Part shown: piece by piece, positions 50,491 through 63,180 of the stretch | How the letters are laid out: each line of letters starts with the position of its first letter | How positions within the stretch are numbered: the first letter of the stretch is position 1 | Assembly (NCBI RefSeq): GCF_046119375.1 | Contig: NW_027362763.1 | Location: forward strand, 468,162,001 to 468,226,000 | DNA length: 64,000 bases | Source: Phyllobates terribilis | Lineage: Eukaryota | Direction: 5' to 3' | Program-made: the position numbers and the translations under genes | Notes under the pieces: generated by a model | The model's database searches: none | Seen by the model: only the letters and a program-made list of their open reading frames with translations | What the model was told of the DNA's origin: nothing

Positions 50491-51003
50491 AGACCACGAG
50501 GCTGATATGTCACAGAGAACCACACTGACAGCTGCTGCTGCTCAAATTGCCCCAGGTCTCAGGGGTCAGGAAAAATCCTTTTTTTCATCTAAATCCTCTT
50601 TTTTTTTTTTTTCCCCTTCCCTCAGTCAGACTGTACAAATACCCGTCTTATTAACCTTTTGGTATCCCCCCCCCCTTCCCAAAGAAAAATTGAGTGTGTC
50701 TGTGAGTGTTCAGACACAAATATATCTGTTTAAAAGAGTCTGGTTTTGGCCAGATAACTAGAACTGTGGTTTTGCAGTTCCACGGTTCAAATCTCTGTAT
50801 TATCCACTTTTTTGCCCTTTTTCCATAAAAAAAACAGTTTGAGTGTCTCGCTGACTGTTCAGACACAAATATATCTGTTTAAAAGATTCTGGTGTAGGCC
50901 AGAGAAATAGAGCTGTGGTTTTCCTCTTCCACGGTTCTAATCTCCTTTTCATTACCCTTTTGCCATTGATAGTGCGAGTGTAAGCTATTTTACTTCATTT
51001 ACA

Positions 51004-54000
51004 ATGGGCAAGGCGCGTGGCAAGGGACGTGGAACTGGTGATGGTGCGTGCAGAGGACAGGGCCGTGGCCAAGCTAAAAATGTGCCACAACTAACAGCCA
51101 CATCTTCTCGCTTCCAGTTCTTGACCGAATTACTTGGGAAGCACACAACAACACCACTATTGCCAACTGATCAGTGTGAACAGGTTATTAATTGGATAGC
51201 AGATAATACTTCCAGTCACCTGGGCACCACCACCTCCGGTCTGTCTTCCACACGGTCAAGTGTTAGTAGTCGTGAGTCTCGACCGCCTTCTCACCCTGAT
51301 GCTCCTTCCTCCCACCATGCCGAGTGTCATCAGACAGCAACTGATCCCACAGTTGGACACTCTGAAGAGCTGTTCACTGGTCCATTTCCATATTTGTGCC
51401 CCTCGCCTGCTCCGCTTGAAGTGGTGGAAGAGGAGATCCCATGTAGCGATGGCCAAATATTTGAACAGTCACGGCCACAGGAAGGCGACGCTGGCAATTT
51501 GCCACAAGAGGTGGACGATGACGAGACACAATTGCCACGAAGTGAGGAGGAGGACCGTGGTGCGGAAGTGGAAGAGGAGGAGGTGGTGGATGATCTAGTA
51601 ACTGACCCAATGTGGCAGGAGGACACGTAGAGCGAGGCCAGAAGCACACAGGGGGAGGGAGGCAGAGTACCCCAACAGGCAGGAAGAAGCAGTGTGGTGG
51701 CTGCAGACAGAAGGCGGGCAACCGTTCCCCATAACACTAACATGAGGGACGTTGCTAGTACAACCGGTAGGTCTTCCAGAGTCTGGAATTTTTTTAAAGA
51801 CACTGCTGATAATCCCAAAAAAAGGCCATTTGTACCACCTGCCAGGCCAGCATCAGCAGGGGTGACAAAACTACCAGCCTGACCACCACCAGCATGATCA
51901 GGCACATGGCAGCAAAGCACCCGACTTTGTGGGGCGAACCCCAGGGTCCACGACCAGTGTCAGAGGGTGTCACCACTGCTTCTTCCGCTGTTGTGCGTGT
52001 AAGAGAACCCCCTGCTGTGCGTGCAAGGCAATCCCCTGTCCATACTGCATGCAAAGATGCCCCCTCCTCTCAGTCTTCACTTGTTATGGCAGTTTCTCAA
52101 GAAACAGCATCAACGTCCACGTCCCACCGCAGCGTTCAATTGTCCATATCCCAGACCTTTGAACGAAAGTGCAAATTCGCAGCCAACGCCCCACAGGCCA
52201 CAGTTCTAAATTCGCACATTTCACGACTGCTTGTGTTGCAAATGCTGCCTCTTAGGCTGGTGGAGACGTAATCCTTCTGCAACCTTATGGCGGTGGCCGT
52301 CCATCGTAACTCGGTCCCCAGCCGACACTATTTTGCCCGGTGTGCCATCCCCGCACTACACAAGCACGTGTCCCAAAACATCTGCCGTGCCCTCAACAAC
52401 GCAGTTATTGGGAGAGTCCACCTGACAACGGACACGTGGACAAGTGCTTGTGGCCAGGGAAGGTACATCTCCCTGACGGCACACTGGGTAAACATAGTGG
52501 AAGCCGGAACCCAGTCAGACCTTAGGACAGAACACATCCTCCCCACACCGAGGATTGCGGGCCCTATGTCAGTCAGAGTTGCCCCCTCAGTGTATAGCTC
52601 CTGCGCATCATCCTCCTCCTCCTCATGTTCAGCCTCCATCTCAGATATCACCACGTCAGTTACAAGCTGGAAGCACTGCAGTACTGCCTCAGCCAAGCGG
52701 CAACAGGCTGTGCTGAAACTCATAAGCTTAGGTGATAAACCTCACACTGCTTGTGAGTTGTGGACAGCTGTGAAAGAGCAGGCAGATCTGTGGCTGAGAC
52801 CGCTGAACCTACATCCAGGCATGGTCGTGTGTGACAATGGCCGTAACCTGGTGGCGGCTCTGAGGCGAGGCGAGATCACACACGTACCATGCCTGGCTCA
52901 TGTGCTTAACCTCATGGTTCAGCGGTTTCTTAAATCATAACCCGAGTTGCCAGATCTGCTCGTCAAAGTACGCCTCCTGTCAGCTCATTTTCGGAAGTCG
53001 GCTACAGCTTCCGCCGTCCTTGCTATGTTGCAGCAGCGTTTGCAGCTTCCGGCACACCGACTGGTGTGTGATGTCCCCACACGTTGGAACTCTACCCTCC
53101 ACATGTTGCAAAGGATTTGTGAGCAGAAGAGAGCAGTTGTGGAGTACCAGCTGCAACAAGGCCGTCGATATTCAGGTCAGACTCCACACATAAGACCTCA
53201 GGAGTGGACCTGGATGTCTGACATATGTACCATCCTGACAAACTTTGAGGAGTCCACCAAGATGGTGAGTGGCGATGACGCCATCATTAGCGTCAGCATC
53301 CCACTTGTCTGTCTTTTGCAACGCTCTCTGAAGAGAATTAAAGAGGAGGCATTGCAGCCAGAGTATGATGAGATGGATCAAGAAGCCGTAGCGGGCGATT
53401 ACACACAGCCCAGCCTCATCTCATCGCAACGTGCATTGGGGGACAATGAGGGAGAGGAGGAGGAGGAGGAGGAGGAGGAAGAACAGGAGCTGGTATCAAG
53501 TGCTGTAGACGGTAGTACCTGTACAACTGTCATACCGTCGGTGCAGCGTGGGTGACCTGAGGACAGGGGGGAGGAGGAGAGCATTGGCAGTCGTCATCTT
53601 GGTGAGGACACGGAAGTCTTGCCCATTACCAGTCTGGCACGCATGGCTGACTTTATGTTACGCTGCCTTAACCGTGACACTTGCGTTGTCAAAATGTTGG
53701 GTGACAGTCATTACTGGTTGGTGACACTTTTAGACCCCCGCTACAACGAGAACTTTCACTCTCTTATTCCTGAGGTGGAGAGGTCTACAAAAATGGGGCA
53801 GTACCAGAAGGCCCTTGCTGCAGAACTGTTAAAAAAAATTCCCATCTGAACACGCTAGCGGCAGAGGTCACAGTTCATTGCCCAACCAAGGCGTACAGGC
53901 GAGAGAGACGCAACTCCAATCCAGCAGAGGCAGGGGAACACTGTCAACGTTCTGGGACAGTTTTCTGAGACCCGTCCAGCTTACAGGCCCTGAGCCGCAG

Positions 54001-54327
54001 GGTACTCTCACAAGGAGTGGAAAGTTTCAAAAGATGGTGAGGGAGTACCTTGCCGACCGTACCAGCGTCCTCCGTGATTCCTCTGTGCCTTTTAATTATT
54101 GGGTATCCAAGCTGGACACTTGAAATGAACTCGCTCTGTATGCCTTGGAGGTCCTGGCCTGCCCTGCTGCTAGCGTGTTATCGGAGCGTGTTTTTAGTGC
54201 CGCTGGGGGAATTATAACTGATAGGCGCACTCGCCTGTCAGCTGACAAGCTGACCCTTATCAAAATGAACAAGGGCTGGATTGGGCCAGACTTCTCATCA
54301 CCACCAAATGACAGCAGAGTAACATAA
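51004..54327 (+). pseudogene. Large hAT transposase (~1100 codons): RG-rich/acidic N-terminus, BED finger, DDE core, dimerisation domain
   Basis: VWNFF..C..C..MIRHMAAKH; HLTTDTWTS; VCDNGRNL; CLAHVLNL; CDVPTRWNST; SVLSERVFS. In-frame stops at 51628, 52268, 52938, 53553, 53847 and 54121, plus a frameshift near 51820. Confidence 0.95.
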
Positions 54328-55440
54328 AGTCAAATCCACTGTGTTATTTTGGGAGGTGTACTCCCATGCACCGCTTCACACCCACACATGGGTATATGCT
54401 TCCTCATTTCGGCTGTTTTTTGCTCTTCTCCTTATCCTCAGCCTCCACAACCACTATACCACCAGGGTGACCGTGGTCCATGTTGCCAGCATTGCAAGTT
54501 CCCCCGTCCTAATTTTTGGCAGCTTTTGCTTGGAAGGCAAAGACTATGGGAGACCCACTCCCCAATAATGGGAATAATGTTTTTAACCCCTTAAGCCCCG
54601 CGGGTGGTTTGCACGTTAATGACCGGGCCAATTTTTACAATTCTGACCACTGTCACTTTATGAGGTAATTACTCTGGAACGCTTCAACGGATCCCCCTGA
54701 TTCTGAGATTGTTTTTTCGTGACATATTGTACTTCATGATTGTGGAAAAATTTCTTCGATATCACTTGCGTTTATTTGTGAAAAAAACGGAAATTTGGCG
54801 AAAATTTTGAAAATTTTGCAATTTTCAAAATTTGAATTTTTAAGCCCTGAAATCAGAGCGATATGTCACACAAAAGAGTTAATAAATAACATTTCCCACA
54901 TGTCTACTTTACATCACCACAATTTTGGAACCAAAATTTTTTTTTGTTAGGGAGCTATAAGGGTTAAAAGTTGACCAGCGATTTCTCATTTTTCCAACAA
55001 AATTTACAAAACCATTTTTTTAGGGTCCACATCACATTTGAAGTCACTTTGAGAGGTCTTTATGACAGAAAATACCCAAAAGTGACACCATTCTAAAAAC
55101 TGCACCCCTGAAGGTGCTCAAAACCACATTCAAGAACTTTATTAACCCTTCAGGTGCTTCACAGGAATTTTTTGAATGTGGAAGAAAAAAATGAACATTT
55201 AACTTTTTTCACAAAAATGTTACTTTAGACCCAATTTTTTTTATTTTCACAGGGGTAACAAGAAAAAATGGACCCCAAAATTTGTTGTTTAATTTCCCCT
55301 GGGCACGCAGATACCCAATATTTGGGGAAAAAATACTGTTTGGGCGCACGGCAGGGCTCGTAAGGGAAGGAGCGCCATTTGACTTTTTGATTGTAAAATT
55401 TGCTTGAATAATTAGCGGACGCCATGTTGTGTTTGGAGAG

Positions 55441-57780
55441 CCCATGTGTGCCCAAACTTTGGAGCTCCCCCACAAGTGACCCCATTTTGGAAACTAGACC
55501 CCCCAAGGCACCTTTCTAGATGCATAGTGAGCACTTGGAACCCCCAGGTGCTTCACAAATTGATTCGTAACAATGAAAAAGTGAAAAAAAAAACACTTTT
55601 TCATTTTTATGAATCAATTTGTGAAGCACCTGAGGGTTCCAAGTGCTCACAATGCATCTAGATAGGTGCCTTGGGGGGTCTAGTTTCCAAAATGGGGTCA
55701 CTTGTGGGGGAGCTCCAATGTTTGGGCACACAGCGGCTCTCCAAACGCAACATGGTGTCGCTAACAATTTGAGCCGATTTTCCGTTAAATTTGTTAGAGG
55801 ACACCATGTTGCATTTAGAGAGTCCCTGTGTGCCCAAACATTGGAGCTCCCCCACAAGTGACCCCATTTTGGAAACTAGACCCCCCAAGGCACCTATCTA
55901 GATGCATAGTGAGCACTTGGAACCCCCAGGTGCTTCACAAATTGATTCGTAACAATGAAAAAGTGAAAAAAAAAAACACTTTTTCATTTGTATGAATCAA
56001 TTTGTGAAGCACCTGAGGGTTCCAAGTGCTCACTATGCATCTAGATAGGTGCCTTGGGTGGTCTAGTTTCCAAAATGGGGTCACTTGTGGGGGAGCTCCA
56101 ATATTTGGGCACACAGCGGCTCTCTAAATGCAACATGGTGTCCGCTAACAAATTTAACGCAAAATTGGCTCAAATTGTTAGCGACACCATGTTGCGTTTG
56201 GAGAGCTGCTGTGTGCCCAAACATTGGAGCTCCCCCACAAGTGACCCCATTTTGGAAACTAGACCCCCCAAGGCACCTATCTAGATGCATAGTGAGCACT
56301 TGGAACCCCCAGGTGCTTCACAAATTGATTCGTAACAATGAAAAAGTGAAAAAAAAAACACTTTTTCATTTTTATGAATCAATTTGTGAAGCACCTGGGG
56401 GTTCCAACTGCTCACTATGCATCTAGATAGGTGCCTTGGGGGGTCTAGTTTCCAAAATGGGGTCACTTGTGGGAGAGCTCCAATGTTTGGGCACACAGGG
56501 TCTCTCTAAATGCAACATGGTATCCGCTAACAAATTGAATGGAAAATCGTCTCAAATTGTTAGCGGACACCACATTGCGTTTGGAGAGCCCCTCTGTGCC
56601 CAAACTTTGGAGCTCCCCCACAAGTGACCCCATTTTGGAAACTAGACCCCCCAAGGCACCTATCTAGATTCATAGTGAGCACTTGGAACCCCAGGTGCTT
56701 CACAAATTGATTCATAAAAATGAAAAAGTGTTTTTTTTTTCACTTTTTCATTTTTACGAATCAATTTGTGAAGCACCTAGGGGTTCCAAGTGCTCACTAT
56801 GCATCTAGATAGGTGCCTTGGGGGGTCTAGTTTCCAAAATGGGGTCACTTGTGGGGGAGCTCCAATGTTTGGGCACACAGGGACTCTCTAAATTCAACAT
56901 GGTATCCGCTAACAAATTGAATGGAAAATCGGCTCAAATTGTTAGCGGACGCCACATTGCGTTTGGAGAGCCCCTCTGTGCCCAAACTTTGGAGCTCCCC
57001 CACAAGTGACCCCATTTTGGAAACTAGACCCCCCAAGGCACCTTTCTAGATGCATAGTGAGCACTTGGAACCCCCAGGTGCTTCACAAATTGATTCGTAA
57101 TAATGAAAAAGTGAAAAAAAAAACACTTTTTCATTTTTACGAATTAATTTGTGAAGCACCTAGGGGTTCCAAGTGCTCACTATGCATCTAGATAGGTGCC
57201 TTGGGGGGTCTAGTTTCCAAAATGGGGTCACTTGTGGAGGAGCTCCAATGTTTGGGCACACAGGGACTCTCCAAATGCAACATGATATCCGCTAACAATT
57301 TGAGCCGACAATTTGTTAGCGGATATCATGTTGCATTTGGAGAGTCCCTGTGTGCCCAAACATTGGAGCTCCCCCACAAGTGACCCCATTTTGGAAACTA
57401 GACCCCCCAAGGCACCTATCTAGATTCATAGTGAGCACTTGGAACCCCAGGTGCTTCACAAATTGATTCATAAAAATGAAAAAGTGTTTTTTTTTTCACT
57501 TTTTCATTTTTACGAATCAATTTGTGAAGCACCTGGGGGTTCCAAGTGCTCACTATGCATCTAGAAAGGTGCCTTGGGGGGTCTAGTTTCCAAAATGGGG
57601 TCACTTGTGGGGGAGCTCCAAAGTTTGGGCACAGCGGGGCTCTCCAAACGCAATGTGGTGTCCGCTAACAATTTGAGCCGATTTTCCATTCAATTTGTTA
57701 GCGGATACCATGTTGCATTTAGAGAGTCCCTGTGTGCCCAAACATTGGAGCTCCCCCACAAGTGACCCCATTTTGGAAAC
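55441..57780. repeat. Alternating-orientation array of a ~190-bp monomer (~380-bp period, 12 hairpin centres)
   Basis: A-type centres at ~55590, 55975, 56352, 56735, 57118 and 57488; B-type centres at ~55770, 56155, 56535, 56918, 57300 and 57675. Confidence 0.92.
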
Positions 57781-57885
57781 TATACCCCTCAAAGATTTTA
57801 TTAAGGTGTATAGTGAACATTTTGAACCCAGAGGTACGGCACATTATTTGTTTACATTAGGTCATCATATTGAATAAGTTGTCAT

Positions 57886-58185
57886 TATTCTTGAGCGCAA
57901 GTGCTCGCTACTTGAGTTTGCATCGGGTACTCAGGTATGCACCATGTACAGCGTGTGCTCGAGTGACATGCTCGAGTCCCTGCTCCGCATGTTTCACGGT
58001 TATTATACACCCAAAAAAAAACATGCGGGGATCGCTCGTGCATGGCAGGCAATCCCCGTAAAGTTTTTTGGCCGCGAAGCATATGGGGCAGAGACTCGAG
58101 CATGTCACTCAAATACCCACGATACTAAATGCATACCAGAGCACCCGATGTAAACTCAAGTAGCGAGCACTTGCTCTCAACACTA
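57886..58185. mobile_element. hAT-type MITE shared with the copy at 23021-23295
   Basis: TATTCTTGAGCGCAAGTGCTCGCTAC...GTAGCGAGCACTTGCTCTCAACACTA, with degenerate TSD GTTGTCAT / GTCGCCAT. Confidence 0.75.
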
Positions 58186-58227
58186 GTCGCCATATCGTCA
58201 TCTTTTTTTCTTACTTTTGAAAAAAAT

Positions 58228-58330
58228 CCCAACCCCAGCCCTAACCCCAGCACAACCCTAGCCCCAGCACAACCCTAGCCCCAGCACAACCCTAGCCCCA
58301 AACCCAACCCTAGCCCCAAACCCAGCCCTA
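58228..58330. repeat. Degenerate CCCTAA/CCCCAG hexamer-based (telomere-like) repeat
   Basis: AACCCTAGCCCCAGCAC-type 18-bp units plus CCCTAACCCTAG. Confidence 0.7.
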
Positions 58331-59813
58331 ACCCTAGCCCAATCCTAACTCAAGAGTTTATTTTTGACGCCGTTCCTTGTGCGGTATAAGTGATTAGACG
58401 ACTTTATTCTTCGGGTCGGTGTGATTACAGCAATGCCAGAATCATATGGGGTTTTTATGACTGACAGCTGTCACACACTAAAAGACGCATTTTTTGTAAA
58501 ATCTAGTTTTTGCATCGCCATATTTTGAGAGCTATAATTTTTCCAGATTTTGGCAGACAGTCATGTGACGGCTCGTTTTTTGCGGGATGACTTGATGTTG
58601 TTATTGGTGCCATTTTCAGGCACGTGACATTTTTTGATCGCTTTCTATTCCGATTTTTGGGAGGCAGAATAAACAAAAACCAACAATTCAGGAATTGTTT
58701 TTTTTTTTTTTTTTTTATTCTGTTCCGCGTGTGGTAAAATTGATGAGGCAGCTTTACTCTTCGGGTCAGTACGTTTACAGCGGTACCACATTTGTATCAT
58801 TTTTCTATGTTTTGGCGCTTATACACAATAAAAGCTATTTTATAGAAAAAAATATTTTTTAGTATCGCTTTATTCTGAGAGCTATAACTTTTTTATTTTT
58901 CGGCTGATGGAGCTATATGGTGGCTTGTTTTTTGCGGGACGAGATGACCTTTTCAGCGGTATCATTTTTATTTATATGCGTCTTTTTGATCGCGTGTTAT
59001 TCCACTTTTTGTTTGGCGGTATGGTGATAAAGCATTGTTTTTTGCTTTGTTTTTTTTTTTTTTTTTTTACCGTGTTCACTGAAGGGGTTAACTAGTGGGA
59101 CAGTTTTATAGGTCAGGTTGTTCTGGACGCGGCGATACCAAATATGTGTACTTTTATTGTTTTTTTTTATTTTTTTTATAATAATATTTATTGATGGGTA
59201 CATTATATTTTTATTTTTGGTGTATTATTTTTTTTATAATATTTTTGCACATTTTTTTTTTTTTTTTCCACTTTCACACAGTTTATACACTTTATTACTT
59301 TGTCCCACTCTGGGACTTTCACTTTTTTTTTTCTGATCGCCTGCATGGCACAGGAATGGAGCACCATCCCTATGCCATGAAGGCTGTCAGAAGTGCACAG
59401 TGTGAAGATTGCTTGGAGATGCACTGCGCATGTCCAAGCAATCTTCCTGCTCTCTGGTGACCCGGATGTTGTCATGGCGACATCGGGTCGTCATGGCAAC
59501 ACCCGGGAAGCCTTTGCAGACTGCGCTGGAAGCCGGAAGAGGAGGTGAGTATCGCCGATCACCTCCCCTTGCCCCCGCAATGCCGCGATCGACTTCGATC
59601 GCAGCATCGCGGGGGTTAATGTGCTGGGAGCGGTGCGTGACCGCTCCCTGCACATAGTACCGGGTGTCAGCTGTGACAATCAGCTGACACCCGGCGGCGA
59701 TCGCGCCCGCACAGCCTGTGTGCGCGCGCGATCGCGATGACGTACTAATACGGGTCTGGCTCTTAAGTCCCAGGGCACAGACGCGTATTAGTACGTCAGA
59801 TGTTATTAAGGGG

Positions 59814-60118
59814 TTAATATGCTGTACTGCATGGCTCTTGTAAGGGGCATTGCATGTTCCTCCGTTCTAATTTTTGGCAGCTTTTGCTTGGAAGGCATAG
59901 GCAAAGACTATGGGAGACCCACTCCCCAATAATGGGATTAATGTTTTTAATATGCTGTACTGCATGGCTTCTTGTAAGGGGCATTGCAAGTTCCTCCGTC
60001 CTAATTTTTGGCAGCTTTTGCTTGGAAGGCATAGACAAAGACTTTGGGAGACCCACTCCCCAATAATGGGAATAATGTTTTTAATATGCTGTACTGCATG
60101 GCTCTTGTAAGGGGCATT
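59814..60118. repeat. ~125-bp tandem repeat (first unit at 54480-54586, split by the piggyBac-type insertion)
   Basis: TAATTTTTGGCAGCTTTTGCTTGGAAGGC..GGGAGACCCACTCCCCAATAATGGG occurs three times. Confidence 0.85.
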
Positions 60119-60119
60119 A

Positions 60120-61050
60120 AAATCGTCTTGTTAAGCTACTGTGACCTCCACGTCTCTTCCAAGGGTCATTGATATTGTCTTTTTATTCCACTGAGACCTC
60201 CACGTCTCTTCCAAGGGGCATTGATATTGTCTTTTTATTCCACTGTGACCTCCACGTCTCTTCCAAGGGGCATTAAAATAGTCTTGTTAAGCTACTGTGA
60301 CCTCCACGTCTCTTCCAAGGGTCATTAATATTGTCTTTTTATTCTACTGGGACCTCCACCACTCTTCCAAGGGGCATTGATATTGTCTTTTTATTCCACT
60401 GGGACCTCCACCACTGTTCCAAGGGGCATTGATATTGTCTTTTTTTTCCACTGGGTCCTCCACGTCTCTTTCAAGGGGCATTAAAACCGTCTTGGTAAGC
60501 TACTGTGACCTCCACGTCTCTTCCAAGGGGCATTAAAATTGTCTTGTTAAGCTACTGTGACCTCCACATCTCTTGCAAGGGTCATTGATATTGTCTTTTT
60601 ATTCCACTGGGACCTCCACCACTCTTCCAAGGGGCATTGATATTGTCTTTTTATTCCACTGCGACCTCTACCACTCTTTCAAGGGGCATTGATATTGTCT
60701 TTTTATTCCACTGCGACCTCCACCACTCTTCCAAGGGGCATTGATATTGTCTTTTTATTCCACTGCGACCTCCACCACTCTTCCAAGGGGCATTGATATT
60801 GTCTTTTTATTCCACTGTAACCTCCACCACTCTTCCAAGGGGCATTGATATTGTCTTTTTATTCCACTGGGACCTCCACCACTCTTCCAAGGGGCATTGA
60901 TATTGTCTTTTTATTCCACTGAGACCTCCACGTCTCTTCCAAGGGGCATTAAAACCGTCTTGTTAAACCACTCTGAACTCCACAGCTCTTCCAAGGGGCA
61001 TTGAAATGTTGTTTTTAATTACCTCTAACATCCACGACTCTTCCAACGGG
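60120..61050. repeat. ~52-55-bp satellite, about 17 copies, two unit variants
   Basis: CCACTGGGACCTCCACCACTCTTCCAAGGGGCATTGATATTGTCTTTTTATT. Confidence 0.92.
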
Positions 61051-61794
61051 CATTGCATTTCCTCCTAATTTTAGTCAGCTTTTGATTTTAAATGCATAGG
61101 CGAACACTAAGGGAGACCCACTCCCCAATAATGGGTAGAAGGTTTTTAGTACGCTGTAATCCACGTCTGTTTCAAGGGGCATTGCAGTTCCTCATAATTT
61201 TTGGAAAGCCTTCCATTCACTGCTTAGGCCAACAGTGTACAGGAGACTCAGTTGCTATAAATGGAAAAAATGGTTTAGTTAAGGCCCTCTGACCTCCATG
61301 TCACTTCCAAGGGGCATTGGAGTGCCTCGAAATTGTTGGTAGGCATTGCACTCACTGTATGCCCTATTACTGTGTAGCCGAACCGCTCCTTTTGGTACAG
61401 AAACATATCCTACAAGACATGTGTGGTTGACTGGCCTGATATTGATGTGAATGGTCCCTGTTCATCCTGCTCTTTCTCCTTTGCCACTATCTCATCCATC
61501 ATTCATCACCTGAAGCTTTGTTTTAATGGTAGTCATAGAACTGGGATAGTAGCAGGAAAACATCCAGCAATCCTCGGAGGAGGTAGGATATGCGCCAAAA
61601 CGCTGACCACCTCAGGCCTAGCCGCTACTACATACATGCACTTGCATTCCAAGGAACAGAAAGCTAAGGAGATGGATGGCCTCATGATCATGAATAATTT
61701 ACTCGTTGTGTAGGGGGCCGACCACTGCTGCTGTCTACCTTCTGAACTTTGTGTTGAAGCCTGATTGACCCAGGACCCGCAATCCTTTATGTCT

Positions 61795-63180
61795 GGAGGA
61801 CGTGTGGCATCTCAGTATCCAACTGTGTCCCGGCTTCCACAATATTAACCCAGTGTGAAGGCATCAGTGAGATGGACCATCCCTGGCCACATTCACTTGT
61901 CCATGTGTTTGTGGTTAGGCTGTCCTTCCCACTAAATGCACTGGGGAGGGTACAGGTAATGTTTTGGCATGCGCGCTTGTGTATAAGGCGCACCGGGACA
62001 AATAGGGGCGGCTGGGGACTGTTTATGGACACCCGGCCGCCCCCAGATGGCTGGGGACCGTGTGTGGGCACCCGGCCGCGGGGCGGCTGGGGTCCGAGTA
62101 TGGACACCCGGCCGCCACCTGGCGGCTGGGGACCAAGCGTGGACACCCGGCCGCCAGGTGGCTGGGGACTGAGTATGGATACCAGGCCGCCGACGCAGCC
62201 ATGACGTGCTGGCCAGATTCCGCCTCCACATGCCTAAAAGGCCCAATTTCAAGTGCAAGCAAGCAGTATGGTATTGCAGCCTGGGGGTAGGTGGGTGGCA
62301 GGCTGCAAACTTGCGCTTGCATTGCAAGGAATGGGGGAGGTACAATTGAACACTGCCCTGGGACAAGGACTTGCACGGGGATAGTTGCAAGTCTGCAACG
62401 ACAGTTGCAGGGCGGGAGGCATCTTCGCATGTGCCATGAACAGGGGGTTGGCGTGCACACACTACAGCGGAATAGGCTGTTCTTCCCACTAAATGCACTG
62501 GGGAGGGCACAGGTAATGTTTTGGTATGCGCGCTTGTGTATAAGGCGCACCGGGACAAATAGGGGTGGCTGGGGACTGAGTATGGATACCAGGCCAACGA
62601 CGCAGCCATGACATGGTGGCCGGCATCTGCCTCCACAAGCCTAAAAGGGCTAATTTCAAGTGCAAGCAAGCTAGCAGTATGGTATTGCAGCCTGGGGGTG
62701 GGTGGGTGGCAGGCTGTACACTTACGCTTGCATTCCAAGAAAACAAAGCAGATGCCAACTTCTATCATCATCATCATGCTCCACACCTTGACACTCTCAA
62801 CTCCCCTGATGGAGAAGCCAGGGCCCACCGGAGGTGGTTGTCTGGTGGGCTCGTCCAATGCTGCCCTAAAGCAGGCCAGGCTAAGAAAAGTGTGGGGAAG
62901 GTTACCGGGACAAATAGTGGCGGCTGGGGACTGAGTATGGAGACCTCGCCGCCGACGCAGCCATGAGGTAGTGGCCAGCTTCGGCCTCCTCCAAACTAAA
63001 AGGCCCCATTTCAAGTGCAAGCTAGCAGTATAGTATTGCAGCCTGCAGGTGGGTGGGTGGTTGGCTGCATATTTGCGCTTGCATTGCAAGGAATGGGGGA
63101 GGTACAATTGAACACTGCCCTGGGACAAGGACTTGAACGGGGATAGTTGCAAGTCTGCATCTTCTGATGCGGCAAGGATC
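61795..63180 (-). pseudogene. Three tandem partial copies of the same hAT transposase segment, antisense to 51004-54327
   Basis: VQL..P..L..KRK.AA.HP, LLALE..PFRLVE, YSVPS.H and TTNTWTSECGQG..ISL..HWVNIVEAG are repeated and homologous to ~52010-52560. Confidence 0.85.

Larger units (their letters stand above)
54587..59813. mobile_element. Non-autonomous piggyBac-type element carrying a fold-back array
   Basis: TTAA|CCCCTT...AAGGGG|TTAA. The empty site is seen in the neighbouring repeat unit GGAATAATGTTTTTAATATGCTGTAC (60070-60095). Confidence 0.9.

Noticed and set aside
55446-57877. Recurrent 60-113-aa ORFs on both strands
   Set aside because: They are a by-product of the palindromic array.
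60120-61050. CRISPR-like regular repeats (also 9461-11045 and 50143-50490)
   Set aside because: There are no unique spacers and no cas genes, and the context is eukaryotic. These are ordinary tandem repeats.
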